Positions 24,142-36,523 are shown, numbered from the whole stretch's first letter. The stretch is DNA of 63,840 nt, filler included, from Reclinomonas americana ATCC 50394 (GCA_048213135.1; 5 parts of 5 records of this genome joined end to end with filler, not necessarily neighbours in it), one strand, 5' to 3'. Notes: generated by a model from the letters alone, not told the origin. Made by a program: numbers and translations.

Positions 24142-27100
24142 TCATCTTACATCATCGGCAAACCCAACACGCAGGTTTCGCGACGTGGGCGATGTCGACC
24201 TGCGCAGGAGATGCTGCTCGCCACCATCGCCGCCATCTGCGACTTGCGCCGGTAGCGCCGGTAGCAGCAGCGGTTGCCAGCCGGCGCCAGAGGTGTCCAT
24301 CGGAAGTGGTGGAGGCTGCACAAGGGAAGGAGACGGGCATTGAGTGAGTCAGCATGCAAGCGGAGATCGTCAGTGCACTTGCGTAACGTTGGCCAGAGGC
24401 GGCAACTGCATACCGCGCCGCGGAGACCCCGAGCCGGGCAGCCGCACAGCGTCCTGTTGGTCGACCTTGACACGGTTCAAGCGCAACAGCTGTGGCAGGG
24501 AGACGCGGAACTGCGTGCCCCGATCGTCGTGCATGTTGACGTTGATCTTGGATGGTCTGCGCGTGGAACCAGGTTGGGTGTCCTTGTTGGCGGCAGGCTT
24601 GGCGGCGTCATCGTCGTCGTCATCGTCGTCATCATCATCGTCGGAAAGCGGCGCACCGGCGTCACGCGCCTTCATGCGGGCAAGCATTCGCATCTTCAAG
24701 TCGCGGAACCAGGGACTGCGGAACTGCGCGAACGGAATGAAAGAGTCAGCGGTCGACAGGGCCCGGGCACCCACGGCGCAGTGCAGACGACGACAAACCT
24801 TTGGCACCAATCCGTCCTCCTCCCACTTCTTGCGTCGTTTGATGAGCCATGATGTCAGCAAGCCGAGGAGAAGAGCCGAAAAGAGTGCCACCATCAGCGG
24901 CCACAGACACTGTACGAATGTGCGACAGATGCCTTGCGAGTCGTCCTCTTGCTGGCTCCCGTCACCACTCCCACCTCCGGAAGTTCCTCCGGCACCACTA
25001 CCATCGCCACCTGTACTGCCACCGCCATCGCCACCGGCACCAGTGCCGCCTCCGCTGCCGTCGCCAGAACCGGTGTCGCCAGAGCCATCGCCACCGCCAC
25101 TCGTGGCTCCATCACCGCCACCAGAGTCGCTGGTGGCGCCGTTGATGCTGCTTGCATCTTGTGCCCCGGCAATGGGAGGCAGTGTGTCGGAGTCGGGTAT
25201 GGGTGGCGGTATATCACCAACTTCGACCACCGAAAACGCTGGCGAGCGGGAGGCGAAAACCACCACCGGTGCCGTGTAGTCGATCACGAATGCCACCAGG
25301 GCCTCGTCGACGGCTTCCGCAGGTGTCCAGGAGAACGTATTCAGGGGCGGCAAGGCCGTAGAACACACGCACGGCGTGACCTGGTTGACAAGGACGTCGT
25401 CCATCGACGACTGACTCGAGGTCACGGAGCCGTCAATTGACACCGACGTAGTGGCCTTGGCGATCAGGATGCGCGCTGAGACCATTTGTGCGCGATTGCA
25501 GCGGAATCCGACTTGCAGTGGCTGGCCAGGGCGGATGACGGCACCCAGCGGAGGGTCCGTGACGAGAATGAACGGTGTGCTGACAATCAGCAGCGGCGAC
25601 AGCGACGGGGGCACGGATGATCCGGTCACCGTGCTGCGAATCACCACCCGATACTGCGGAATGCCGACAATGGCATCGGCCGGTACCGTCCATGTCAGCT
25701 CGTTGACAAATAGTCCGTCGCACGTTGACGGTGTTGCAGCTGAGCAAGTGTAAGCCACCAGAGGGACGTGTCGGGGCGGCAAGCACAGCATTAAATTATC
25801 TCACCGGCAATCTCAAACTTGTCGTGCAGGGACGGACCCTCGAAAGCAATGGAGACGGAGGTGCCAGTGGTCGCCGCACACCGCCACTGCACCACGAGCG
25901 GACTGAAGCGCACGAACGCAGTGTTGGCCACTGGAGCCACCAGTGTGATGGACGGCGCTGCAGAGCAAATGTGTGTGAGGCACAGGAGCGGAGGACACTG
26001 CTGCACTCAATAAAACTTCGACGCAACAAACGAGTGCCAGCTCGGCGACTCCCTTCCACGGCAGCGTTGATGCACTACCGTAGCGGACACACAGACGCAC
26101 AGTGGGCGGCGTTGGCAACGCGGCCACAGACGACGGCGGAATGGTAATTGTCAGTCGAACGAGCGTGGTCGAGGCACCCACTGCATCGGCGCGCACATCG
26201 CTGCCGGCAATGATGGACATGGCCGAGCAAGTGGTGCCACCGGGGACCAAGATGTACTGGTCGCGATTCTGAGACGGAGAACGAGCATGAATAGGTGACT
26301 CGCATACGCTACTGTTAACCGAAGCGAAATCTCCGTACCGCATTCAAGTTGACTCCGTTCACCGTCAGCGTGTTGGGTCCGCCGTCAGTGACCAGCGCAT
26401 TGGTACCGGAGGACACGACTCCGGTAGCCGAGGCTGGTGGAGTACAGGTTGGTGAGCACTGTGTTTGATTATACGAACCACGCAACGAATTGCTCTCACC
26501 GGGCGTAAAGTGCACATCGACACTGTTTTGTTGCAGTGGTCGCCAGACGCCCTGCAGTCCGTAGTCGTAGCAGAGTGTGTAGTCACCTGCACCGACGGAA
26601 TGCACTTTTGTTCAGTCGCTCGCACTCGCCGAAGTGCTGTAAGCACAACGCCCGCTTACCGAGTGGAACGCCCGTCGCCGGCACATCTATGACCATCGAG
26701 CTCACCGTTGCCGTGGCCATCCGAGGTGTCAGTAGCACGGCAGCCGGCGCCGAGCACAACGTGCCGTATGGTACGAGTTTCAAGCCCATGGCGTTGACGA
26801 TACTGAGGCCGGTGAGCTGCACAAACGAAACAGTAAGCAATCCGAGCCAGAATGAAACAAACAAGTCAGATAAGCGCGTGCGATGCACCGTGAAGCTGAC
26901 ACCAGGAGTTTGGGCAGGGATCGGAACATTATCCAGTCCAAACACCGCTGCGGAAAGCGTACGTGAGTTGACTGTCAACTAATCATGATGCTGCGGTGCG
27001 CGATCAAAAAGACACATGCCTCGAGTGGCGGCCGTGCAAATGGCATCGAGGACTAGCCGGGCGGCGTAAGTGAGACACACAGCAGAGCAATAAAATACAC

Positions 27101-28311
27101 AGAGAATGCGTGCTGCGTAACTCGGTTGCTGCGTGAGAGCGAGGTCAAACCCCGACGTCATTGGATCGACAACGGAAACTGGATTGTACAGAAGCGCGCC
27201 ATTTGAATCCCGCGATGCATACTGCGTCAGCTCAAACGCCTCCCAGTCGTTCCGCCACTCAGTGTAGTAGGCGTCGATATATGCCACGACGTCAACAAGG
27301 ACGCCTTGATTGCGAAGGGCAGCCGCAGCTGTGGTCGATGCCATGGCAGTCGTCATGTAGCGCATGCAAATCGCCGGATCGGGACCGCCGGTGCATACGG
27401 GAGTGGAGGCGAACAAGTCGAACTCGGTCGAGCTATCGCATCCCGACGAAGCGAATGCCCAGCAAGCAACCGGAGACATGGCGACGAGAATGACCACCTT
27501 CTTCGAGTAAGGCCTGTAGTTCGGCGTAGCGGGCGAGAAAACATTCTGCGATTGCGTGCAGAGTTTGGCCACCCTATCTCCGATGCACGACGCACAGAGA
27601 CACTCACCGACGCGAAATTGAAAGCGTAGAGCGGCAAGTTGGCTTGTACGGTTGGCGGAGGAGACGACGAGGCAAATGGGAAGTTTGCATCCGAGAACCC
27701 AGCTGCCAGTGGGAGCGCCGTGGAGTCGACCCACGTCGTCATGTCGTCATTGTCAATCGCATTAAAGTATGGGTTGCCTGCCATGCTTGGAGGAACGTCT
27801 GGTGCCGAGTCTGCACACACTGCGCATGAGCAGACAAGGACGACCACGAAGGTGGAGCAGCCGAAGACGCAACAGCCGCGAGCCATTACTCGAATACCAG
27901 GATTCGGAGCACCCGCAGTGCCCAGTAACGTATTCAACATCTGATCGAGAAAGTCGCTTAGAAGAGTTACTGATCCTGAAGTCACCAGGCTGGCGCGGAA
28001 AGAGGCTGTGCGCACGCCGTGTGAGCCTGACGTTGCTTGGTGGCGATGATGATGATATCGAAAATACCAAGGGCAACGCAACACTCAATCAGGAAGAGCA
28101 CATCAATGGTCTCGCCGGCGCACTGTGGAGAGATGGAAATAGCGCTGGCCATCGGCGGCGGCACAATCAACACGAAAACAACGCCAATGAGCAGCAGCAG
28201 CACTCGCACTGTGGTTGTTGTTGTTGTTGTTGCGCGCTGTGTGTGCCTGCGACTGACAGGCGCACACCGCTGTTGCCGCGCATTGGCACGTCCGCAGTCG
28301 CTCACCAACAT
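24142..28311 (-). CDS. Type I membrane protein B, tandem paralog of A (degenerate vWA + Ig-like domains + Gly/Ser/Asp stalk + TM)
   Basis: Hydrophobic leader; IDVLFLIE, RPYSKKVVILVA and AAAALRNQGVLVDVVA; ITLVAPVANTAFVRFSPLVVQWRC; TM LWPLMVALFSALLLGLLTSWLI followed by KRRKKWEEDGLVPK; tail ends LRVGFADDVR*. Confidence 0.7.
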
Positions 28312-28736
28312 GACCTGATGACGACGACGATGAAGATGGTGAGCAGCAAATGCAATACACGCTTTCCCCTGCATTGTTCGCGACTCTCTCACACATGTTG
28401 CACACACATGCACACACGGAAGCACACACCCTCGTAGCCAGGAAGGAGTCTCCTGCCTCACTCTTCTCTTCTCACACGCGCACACACAAACACACACACG
28501 CTCATCTCATACTCAATAAATGACGAGTGCGTCCACTATGAAATATCGAAACCATCACCGACTCACACACACAACTCACTGTGAAGTGTGACTGCGCATG
28601 TTCTCACTGTTAATGTGCGAGAGAGAGTGCGTGGCGAGAGAGAGAGACGCGTCACACTCACCAAAACTCTTCTCGCGCTGCGTGAATGGAGCTCGGACAA
28701 AGACAATGCGAGCGCGACTCCCTCTCTCTCTCTCCG

Positions 28737-30329
28737 ATGGATGGCGACGACGCCGAGCACCTGTCGCTGTCCACGCTGACAGCCTCTGCCACACAAGACA
28801 CTCAGCAGCAGCAACAACAGGATGACGACGATGATGACGATGACAACAATCCGCTCTCATCGTCCATGCCACTGGTGACTGTGACAGCTCCACTGCTCAA
28901 ATCTCGTGGCGCATCGCGATGCTGTCGGCGATGGACGTGGGTGATTGCAGCAACAGTGTTGTTGCTGGTGACTGCGGTTGGTGTGCTGATGATGTGGCGC
29001 GGTGGGCAAGTGGATTGCGAGGGAGTGCGACCTGCATTGGATCTCTTACCGCCACCACCACCGCCTTCGCCTTCTTCATCATCGTCTACGACACGCTTTC
29101 CATCGCCGCCTCTGTGCGATGCTCATGAGCCGGCGATTGCAGCGGATAGCGAGCTGCTGATCCCGTGCCGCCCGATCAGTTTGTTCTTCTGGGGCGAAAT
29201 GGGCTTTGAGTTGTCGCATGCGATTCCGTACGCGTACGCGCTGCATCGACGCGGTCTGCTGCGCTCGACCATGTCGTACGCCGACACGGCTCCGTTCTAC
29301 TTTTTCAGTCCGGCGCACTTTCAGCGTGGTGTGAGCGAGCAGCGGGAGGATGGAGTGGGCGTGCGGGTCGAGGACGACACGGGCTTGTCGTTGCGCTTGC
29401 CGGTGTTTGCGCCGCATGTGCGACCGGCGGACTTTCCCGTCGGGCATCCCATGTGGAAGGTGAGGAGGCGTGAGCGCGTGAGCCATGCACGTCTTGCGCT
29501 AGTCGTTGATTTGTTTTGTTTTGATTCGCAGCCACCACCATTCACGAGTCGTTTCCGCAACTCGTTGCTCCTTGCCGACCTGGAAAAGGAGCCGTTGGTC
29601 ATCTACAACAAGTTGTGTGTCTCGTGGATCGCGCGGAAGGATGCCGCCTGTCTCCTCACTACCACGTGCAACACAGGTACAAGTCCGAGTGGGGACACGA
29701 TCCAGTCAACTTTATCCGCGTGGAGACTCTGATGCGGCTGGTCGAACTGCTGTCGCCGCACTACACCATCGTGTACCACCGCACGCGTACGGGCGACTAT
29801 GCTGGCGAGGGCTCGACGTTCCTCGAGCTGGGCGATTTTGAGGCGCTGGCCGAGTACGCGCCACAGGTGGTGCTGTACCGTGATCTGTGGAACAAGTACA
29901 AGGACCACGAACTGATCGGCGGCAGCCCCAATCACTTCCAGCTGCTGTTGCTCGCCAACACGCGGCGCACCATTGGCATTCAGGCAAGTCGATGTTTACA
30001 AGGAGGAGAAAGAACCTCAGTGTGTTGCTAACATTACAGTCCGCAGGGAGGTGCCGCCAACATTCTCAGCCAGTTCGAGGGCACGCACATTATTCACGCG
30101 GTCAAGGCCACCGAGGTGACACTGCGCGAGTACGAGTACCACCATCACTTTGCGAATTCTACAGGTGTGTTGTCTCGTGTTGCGAGAGATGGAAGACAAG
30201 ACAACTCACGCACGATTGGCAGTGATTGTGACGCACTCGGACGAGGAGCTGCTGGAGGTGGCCGACTTGCACCTGGTACCCACACGCTCGCGGCCGTGGG
30301 AGCGACCCCCACGAAGACCAGAGCCGTGA
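28737..30329 (+). CDS. Type II membrane protein, putative glycosyltransferase-like enzyme of an uncharacterised family
   Basis: TM WTWVIAATVLLLVTAVGVLMMW, Pro-rich stem, then GEMGFELSHAIPYAY..FYFFSPAH..PPPF..IYNK|YKSEWGHDPVNF..IVYHR..NHFQLLLLAN..IQ|GG. Confidence 0.65.
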
Positions 30330-30499
30330 TCACATCACGTTTCACAGCCAACACTAGTTTATTTTCTATGGGTCAAAATAATAATAAGAAAGAGTAGTAC
30401 GTAGATTATAGCCTCCTCGCTCCTTCACCATTCCACTCCCTCGCAGTGTAGTCGTGGAGGGAGGGGAAAGAAGATGCAGAGAGAAAAGACAAAAAAAGA

Positions 30500-31436
30500 T
30501 CATCCGGCGTGATTGAGCACGCCAAACTTCTCCATCAGCGTAAACGTGATGACCGAGTGCCACGACGAGCGAAGCAGGCGAGCGTGCCAACCGGCGTACA
30601 GACCGCGCATACCGTGCGTTGCATACGCACGCTGCAGGGCGGTGAACCACCTCACATCGAGTGTGCTGTGCTGCGCCTGGATCTGCGTCTTGACCGTGTC
30701 GAACGGCGACGTGATCAGCACGTTCACCACACCGGCCACCACCGCCACAGCCACCTGCGGACCGAGCGGCAGCACGCCGCCTGGCCGACCACCGCTCTCG
30801 TCCAAGCCTGGCCACCGATGCAGCACCGCTCGCCGGATCCAGTCGTACGAGACAAGATACGACAGCCAGCTCACGCCCTGCTTGACGGCCACCGACGACC
30901 AGCCGTGTGTCAGCGCGGCTGCGGTGCCCCGCACGCCGCCCATCTGCGTCCACCAGCTGCCCGCCTGTCGAGACTGCGCCCGCAGCAGCTCCATCTCCTT
31001 GGTCTTGAGGCTCTCCGCCGGGCACAACAGCAATGTGGTCTCCAGCAGCGCCACCGACGTGGCCAGCACCACCGACTGCGCCGGAGCCGGAATCCAAGAA
31101 ACGCGCGCATACAACTCACTCAGTGCCGACACAGCGCCCCAGCGGAATGCACCCTTGCCGCACTGCGTGAGTAGACTCCATCGCACGCCGCTGTACATGC
31201 CACGCAGACCACCGTCGCTGTACACGGAGCGCAGAGCGCGGAGGAGGCCTCCGCCGCCCTGAAAGTGCTGCGGAGCCACTTGCATGCGTGTCTTGACGCG
31301 GTCGGCGAGGTGGCCGAGCACCAGAAGCTCCGTGCCCTGTTTGAGAAGAGAGAGCACTGTGAGTGTTCACACACAATGAGCGAGAGCGAGAGGGAGAGAG
31401 AGAGGGACGCACCTGGATGGCGGCGCCCAGTGACAT
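30500..31436 (-). CDS. Mitochondrial carrier family (SLC25) protein, possibly Yhm2/tricarboxylate-like
   Basis: Three repeats with signature variants LADRVKTRMQ, PAESLKTKEM and PFDTVKTQIQ, plus DGGLRGMYSG and HGMRGLYAG. Confidence 0.88.
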
Positions 31437-31482
31437 GTGAAATAAGCGTGATGGACGAGGAGGAGGAGGAGGAGGAGGAGGA

Positions 31483-31582
31483 NNNNNNNNNNNNNNNNNN
31501 NNNNNNNNNNNNNNNNNNNNNNNNNNTTAATTAATTAANNNNNNNNNNNNNNNNNNNNNNNNNNNNNNNNNNNNNNNNNNNN
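31483..31582. other. Artificial contig linker
   Basis: N44-TTAATTAATTAA-N44. Confidence 0.97.
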
Positions 31583-32359
31583 CCGGTGTGTTTTATTTTT
31601 GTGACGCAGCGGCAGTGGCCGGCCGGCACATTGGTGAGTGGTTGTGTGTGTTTCGCTGTACGTTGTCAATGCTGAATTGATGATCTGTGTTGTCCTTTGT
31701 TTTTCCCTCCCACTCGATCTTCTTGCATGCAGCAAGTGCCGAGCACGAGTCCTCGCCTGCGGGTTTTGTTCCGACTGTCACACACTGGCGGCGAAAAGTC
31801 AAGGTCGCGTGCGAGCGTTGACCGCCCTGCACTGAAATTTCTCGTGCAGGGTTTTTACCACGAAGTGTCTCCAGACTTATGTACGTCTCCGTGGGGTTTG
31901 ACGTTTTGATACAGTATCATGTGACTCACGTGCTCTCTGTTTCTCGTTCATAGGAAAAATAGTTGCGCGGCCACGATCTCCGTCTCCGAGTTTGAGTCCG
32001 ATATCGATGCTCACGTGCTCAATCGTGTTAACGTTGTTTCTTCTTCGACGCACTGTATGCCTGCAGGTGAAAGGTGAGCTTGGGAACGGGCAGGGCAACT
32101 CTCTCTCTCTTCTCTCCTTTGTTGTTCTCTGGTGCTTTGTTCATGTTTTGCTTTGTTTGACGACCGTTGCTGACTGGCTTTCCCGCCATTTCTGCTTTCC
32201 ATATTTGTCGGCTGTCAGTCGGTTTGTCAGAAAAACGATTGGTCGTTTCGCAACGCCACCTCTGCCTGGCGACGTGTCCACTCGCGCTTCACTGTGCGTC
32301 ATACTCACACGTGCACAGAGTTGTTCTCCTCCTCACACGCTGCGCACACTTTTTTGCAG

Positions 32360-33387
32360 GAGAATTGGCGACCCTTCTCGCAGTCTGCGCCGAGCAGAGT
32401 CGCGTCCTTTCTGCACGCCACATCCCCCATTACCAATCTCTTCATTGGAGGTTGTCTTGGATGGAGTTGGGGGTGCATGGTGACCGAGTCGATGCACCTC
32501 AAGCGCGAGCCGACGGTGTTTGAGCAGGATCACGTGCGCGAGTTTCACTTCGTCGGCGACCAGGCGTTGTCTGTCGTCAAGCGCACACTTTTGCCGTCAC
32601 TGGAGCAAGTCCACCGCAATGCCGCTGGTGAGCATGCCTTGGTGTACATGTTCCATTAGCTGCGTTTACATTACCATTTCCTGCTGGCCATGTTATTGTT
32701 GTTGTGCAGCGGTTCGACTGCGGCAGTTCGTCGAGCTGCCCGAGCTCCTGTATGCCCACTGCCTGCGCCGCGCAGTGTTTGAGTGGCGCTCCAACATGTA
32801 CAAGGAGAGCAACGTGAAGATCAACGACTGGTTCTCCTTGTGGGTGGCCAATGCACCGTCGCCAGATTCGCTTTGGAACTGGCTGGTGCCGGACGGACGT
32901 CACGTCATTCAGGCGAGGGTGGCGAAGGAGAACATGGCGTTCCTTCTCATGGTGTGGGCGCCCTTCCAGCTTGCCTACGAAGACTTGATGATCTACGGAG
33001 ACGGCATTCGCGGGAGTGCCAGCATGATCCGCGATGTGGCCGAGCGAGCCGACTTGCGCGAGGAGGACGATGTGTATGCCACCACGGCGGCTGCGGCCAT
33101 GACGCGCGTGTGCAGCATGGTGATGGAAAGCGAAGCGAAACAGAAGGCGAAACTCGAAAGGTATGTGCGCACCCGCGCCTCGCTTCCTGCCTCGTACATC
33201 AACACACACACCTCGCTCTCCAACGCGCAGTGAGATGAGCACAGAGGAGTCTGTTGTTGCCTACCTCGCTCGGCTCGTCAAGACTGCCGACCTGTCGCCG
33301 GAGGAGTCTCGTTTGCTCAAGACTCTGACAGACGCAATGGTGGAGGCCACCACGGCGGCACGCAATGCGCTGGCGGCATCCCGGTAG
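32360..33387 (+). CDS. Hypothetical protein (further upstream exons likely between 31583 and 32360)
   Basis: ORFs 32294..32659, 32520..33233 and 33163..33387 join in frame through GT-AG introns and end ...ARNALAASR*. No recognisable family. Confidence 0.55.
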
Positions 33388-33537
33388 TCGGAGGAAGAGA
33401 AAAGGAGAGAAGAGTCATGTGCCTGCACGAAAGCAGAGTGAACACCAACTGGAGTGTGGAGATGCGCGAAATCTTCCAAATGATCATCTTGCATTACGCG
33501 TGATCACAATGGCAAAACACGAAGCAGTGCGTCCTCA

Positions 33538-33910
33538 TCAGAGCCCAAGCGAGAAGCCAAACTGTGGTGTCGGCCAGTCAGCACTTGCGATCACACACAT
33601 GCAGAGAGAGAAGAGAGTGAGACTCACCGAAGGCGCGTTCACGGCTTCGCTTCCCTGGCGCACGCCACCAGACTCCGACACCGACTCCACCTCGTTGTCC
33701 ATACCGAGCACAGTCGTGTGCGTCGTGGCCTGTGTGTGGGAGGGAGACGATGTGAGCAACAGAAAGAGAACGCACTGTGCGAATGAATGCATGCATACCT
33801 CGCTGACTCCAGTCTCTGAGCTCGACGCTGTGTGCATAGAGCGGTGGTGAGCAGAGTGTCAGGGGGAAAGGAAGAGGAGGAGGAGGAGACGAATGCTCAC
33901 CTGATCCCAT
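33538..33910 (-). CDS. 54-aa microprotein, paralog 1 (4 exons): MGSASSSETGVSEATTHTTVLGMDNEVESVSESGGVRQGSEAVNAPSFGFSLGL
   Basis: Exons 33910-33901, 33827-33799, 33729-33628 and 33561-33538 total 165 nt with all GT..CAG introns; colinear with paralog 2. Confidence 0.85.
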
Positions 33911-34417
33911 GATGTGAATGTTCTCGCGGTACAATGACGATATGTCCTCCCGCACTCGGGCTTTGGGCGCGTTTTTCCTCTCATCGCAACGAGATGCAAA
34001 GACCAAGCAAGTGTGCATTTGGTGTGATCTTCCTCGATATCGGTCTCGGTCTTTGAGCTTCCCGCATGTAGAGAAACGACAAGCGCGCACTACTTCGCTC
34101 CCTGAATCGAGCAGGGACTCCCGCGTGCACATGCTTCCTTCTTCGATCCTCTCCCTCACTTGCATATACCCTGCTTATCCTATTCGATTTTTCTTGTTCT
34201 TCTTCTCCATCTGCTTTCCACCCTCACTTCGTCATTCTCTCCGGCATTTGTTATTCTTCTCGTTCTTCTTGTCTCCTTCTCCTCAACTGTCCTTTCATCT
34301 TGATCGGTCTTCTCATTATCCACCTTCTCCTCCTCTCCTTCTTCTTCCTCCTTCTTCATTTCTTCTTCTCCCCTTCCTCCCCTTTCCCCTCGCGTCCTCT
34401 CCCCGCATTCACAACCT

Positions 34418-35288
34418 TCATGACGACATTACAGCGCTCATGGCTGCGCGCACTCGCAACAAGCCATCACGAATCTGATGCAACCTGGCCGACACATCGG
34501 TCATCGTGTGCCACGCCTGCTCGTCGGCCCCCGTGTCATCCAAGTGCGCCGGCTGATTGCGTGCCCACTCGAGCAACTCGACCGTCTTGTCCGTGCCACG
34601 CGCAAACTGCGCCGCACGCGCCACCAACTCCACCAGCGTCTGCTGATGCTCCCGCTCCACGCAAATCACTTGACTGCGAAAAAAAAACAACAAACCACGG
34701 CATTAGAGGAGGAGGCTCGTCGCACGCTGAACAATCGCACCTGGTCACCGGCTGCTGCAACCGCGTGATAAACGCCGACTTGTGCGCCACCAGAAACTCA
34801 GCGTGCGCCTGCTCCGCCGCCAGAAACCCCACTCGCTCGCGCAAGACCTCGTCCACCGACGTAAACGCATGCGTGGCGCTCTTCGTCGACGCCTCATCCA
34901 TGCGCGATCGCAGCGTGTGCAGGTCGCTCTTGAGGCCGCTCAGGTGCCGCAGTTGGCGAATGAGTCGCGCGGATCGCGAGTGGGCGCCGAGGAGTCCCGC
35001 GCCCGGCGATGGTGGTGTTCGCGATGAGGATGAGGCGCTGCGTGGTGCAGATCCTGTGCGTGAGATGACCGTCACAGAGGGCGTTGACGATGAGGATTGC
35101 TGCGTGTGCGCGCGTGCGGTGAGTGTGAGCAAGAGCGACACCAGTGATGACGATGTGTGAGAGACCTCTGTGATGCCCAGTCGCTCAGCAGCTGCGGCCA
35201 CCTCGCGCACACCACCGCCACTCTCTGTGGCAGTGGTGGTGGTCGTTGTTGATGAGGACGAGCCGGCACCGCCTTCCCACGGGTTCAT
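34418..35288 (-). CDS. HAUS2: HAUS augmin-like complex subunit 2 (AUG2/CEP27)
   Basis: MNPW N-terminus and HKSAFITRLQQPVT|SQVICVEREHQQTLVELV match the conserved HAUS2/AUG2 motif K..I..RLQQP....IPVEAEYQ. Confidence 0.75.
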
Positions 35289-35335
35289 CGTTTAAGAGCG
35301 CGAAATCGCTCAACGAACGGATCACACCACTCACA

Positions 35336-36477
35336 ATGCCCACAAAGTTGCGAGCGGTTGCTCACTGTTGCTCGCTCACTCACTCACTCACACTGTGCAC
35401 ACTATATGCAGCGAGGAGCTCAATCGGGCGGCTCTGGTCAAGCTGGCCAAGACGACTGTGGCCATGTTCTCTGTGCCCTTTGCGGTGTACTATGCGGCCG
35501 ATGCGACGATAGGGTATGCCGGAGGTGAGGAGGAGGGTGGAGAAGTGTGTGGTGTGGGAATGAGAGAGGGGGTGGGAGAGGGAGAGGACTCTGCAAATAT
35601 AGATTGCTCGTGGAGAGAGATGGTGTTGTCTGTGAGGAGAGTGTGTGGTTGGTGGAGCCCGAGGGCGTACAGCGGGTTGACTGTGTGCTTCGTGAGGCGA
35701 TCAGCTCAGCGAGTGCATGCACTGGAGTCCATAGCACAGCGAGTGTGGAGAACTCAGCGCACCGAATGTGAGCACTGGAGTCCTCAGCGCAACGAGTGTA
35801 TGCACTTGAGTCCTCACTGCAGCGAGTGTATGCACTGGAGTGGTCAGCGCAGCGAGGAGTGGCCAGCGCAGTGATTGTATGCACTGGAGAACTCAGCGCA
35901 GCGAGTATATGCACTGGAGTGGTCAGCGCAGCGAGTGTATGCACTGGAGTCCTCACTGCAGCGAGTTATATGCATTGGAGTCGTCAGCGCAGCGAGTTAT
36001 ATGCACTGGGATGGTCTCCACATCGAGTTATATGTACTAGAGTCCTTAGCGCAGCGAGTGCATGCACTGGAGTCCTCAGCGCAGTGAGTGTATGCACTGG
36101 AGTGGTCAGCGCAGCGAGTATATGCACTGGAGTGGTCAGCGCAGTAAGTGCATGCACTGGAGTCCTCTGCTTCTCTTTGCATCTAACTCTCCCCCTTCCT
36201 CCCCTTCTTCCCCCTCCACGCAGGTATGTCCATTGTGGTCTCCGTCCTCTCCGTCATCTGCATCATGGCGTGGTACGTGTGGTCGGCCATGCACGAGGAC
36301 GATATGGCCAGCGACGATCCGGCCTTGGATCCCGCAAAACCACATCACCCGCGACTCAAACGCGACGTCGTTGCCGCTGCCGCCAAGGCCGCCCAACAAC
36401 CAGAAGGAGACAAGAAGGAAGAAGAAGAAGAAGAGGCAGTGGCACCCGCAGCAGTAGAAGACAAGAAGACCAAGTGA
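35336..36477 (+). CDS. VMA21: V-ATPase assembly factor VMA21-like
   Basis: Four exons: MPTN|EELNRAALVKLAKTTVAMFSVPFAVYY..|..|MSIVVSVLSVICIMAWYVWSAMHED; two TM helices and a C-terminal KKxx ER-retrieval signal (KKTK*). Confidence 0.8.
35700..36168 (+). repeat. Intronic minisatellite, ~30-31-bp unit, ~15 copies
   Basis: The unit cagcgagtgtatgcactggagtggtcagcg is repeated head-to-tail with variants inside VMA21 intron 3 (35692-36223). Confidence 0.92.
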
Positions 36478-36523
36478 AACGCTGTGCGAGTTCATTGTGT
36501 TATGTGTCGAGTGGGGTGTGTGT

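Noticed and set aside
33690..33729. TTVLG similarity of the microproteins to RebB/R-body (NTKVLG) proteins
   Set aside because: Only a 4-5 residue resemblance; Reb proteins are Ala/Gln-rich and helical. Not supportable without a profile search.
33538..33837. 99-aa single-exon ORF MHTASSSETG... as the real gene
   Set aside because: Read-through of two stop-free 3n introns; the spliced 54-aa model with an upstream MGS exon is colinear with the paralog.
34130..34400. Hydrophobic Phe/Leu/Ser ORF 33918..34478 as a membrane protein
   Set aside because: Pyrimidine-rich low-complexity intergenic tract between HAUS2 and microprotein 1.
35700..36168. 30-bp repeats as a CRISPR array
   Set aside because: Units are contiguous with no unique spacers, lie in a eukaryotic intron, and no cas genes are present.
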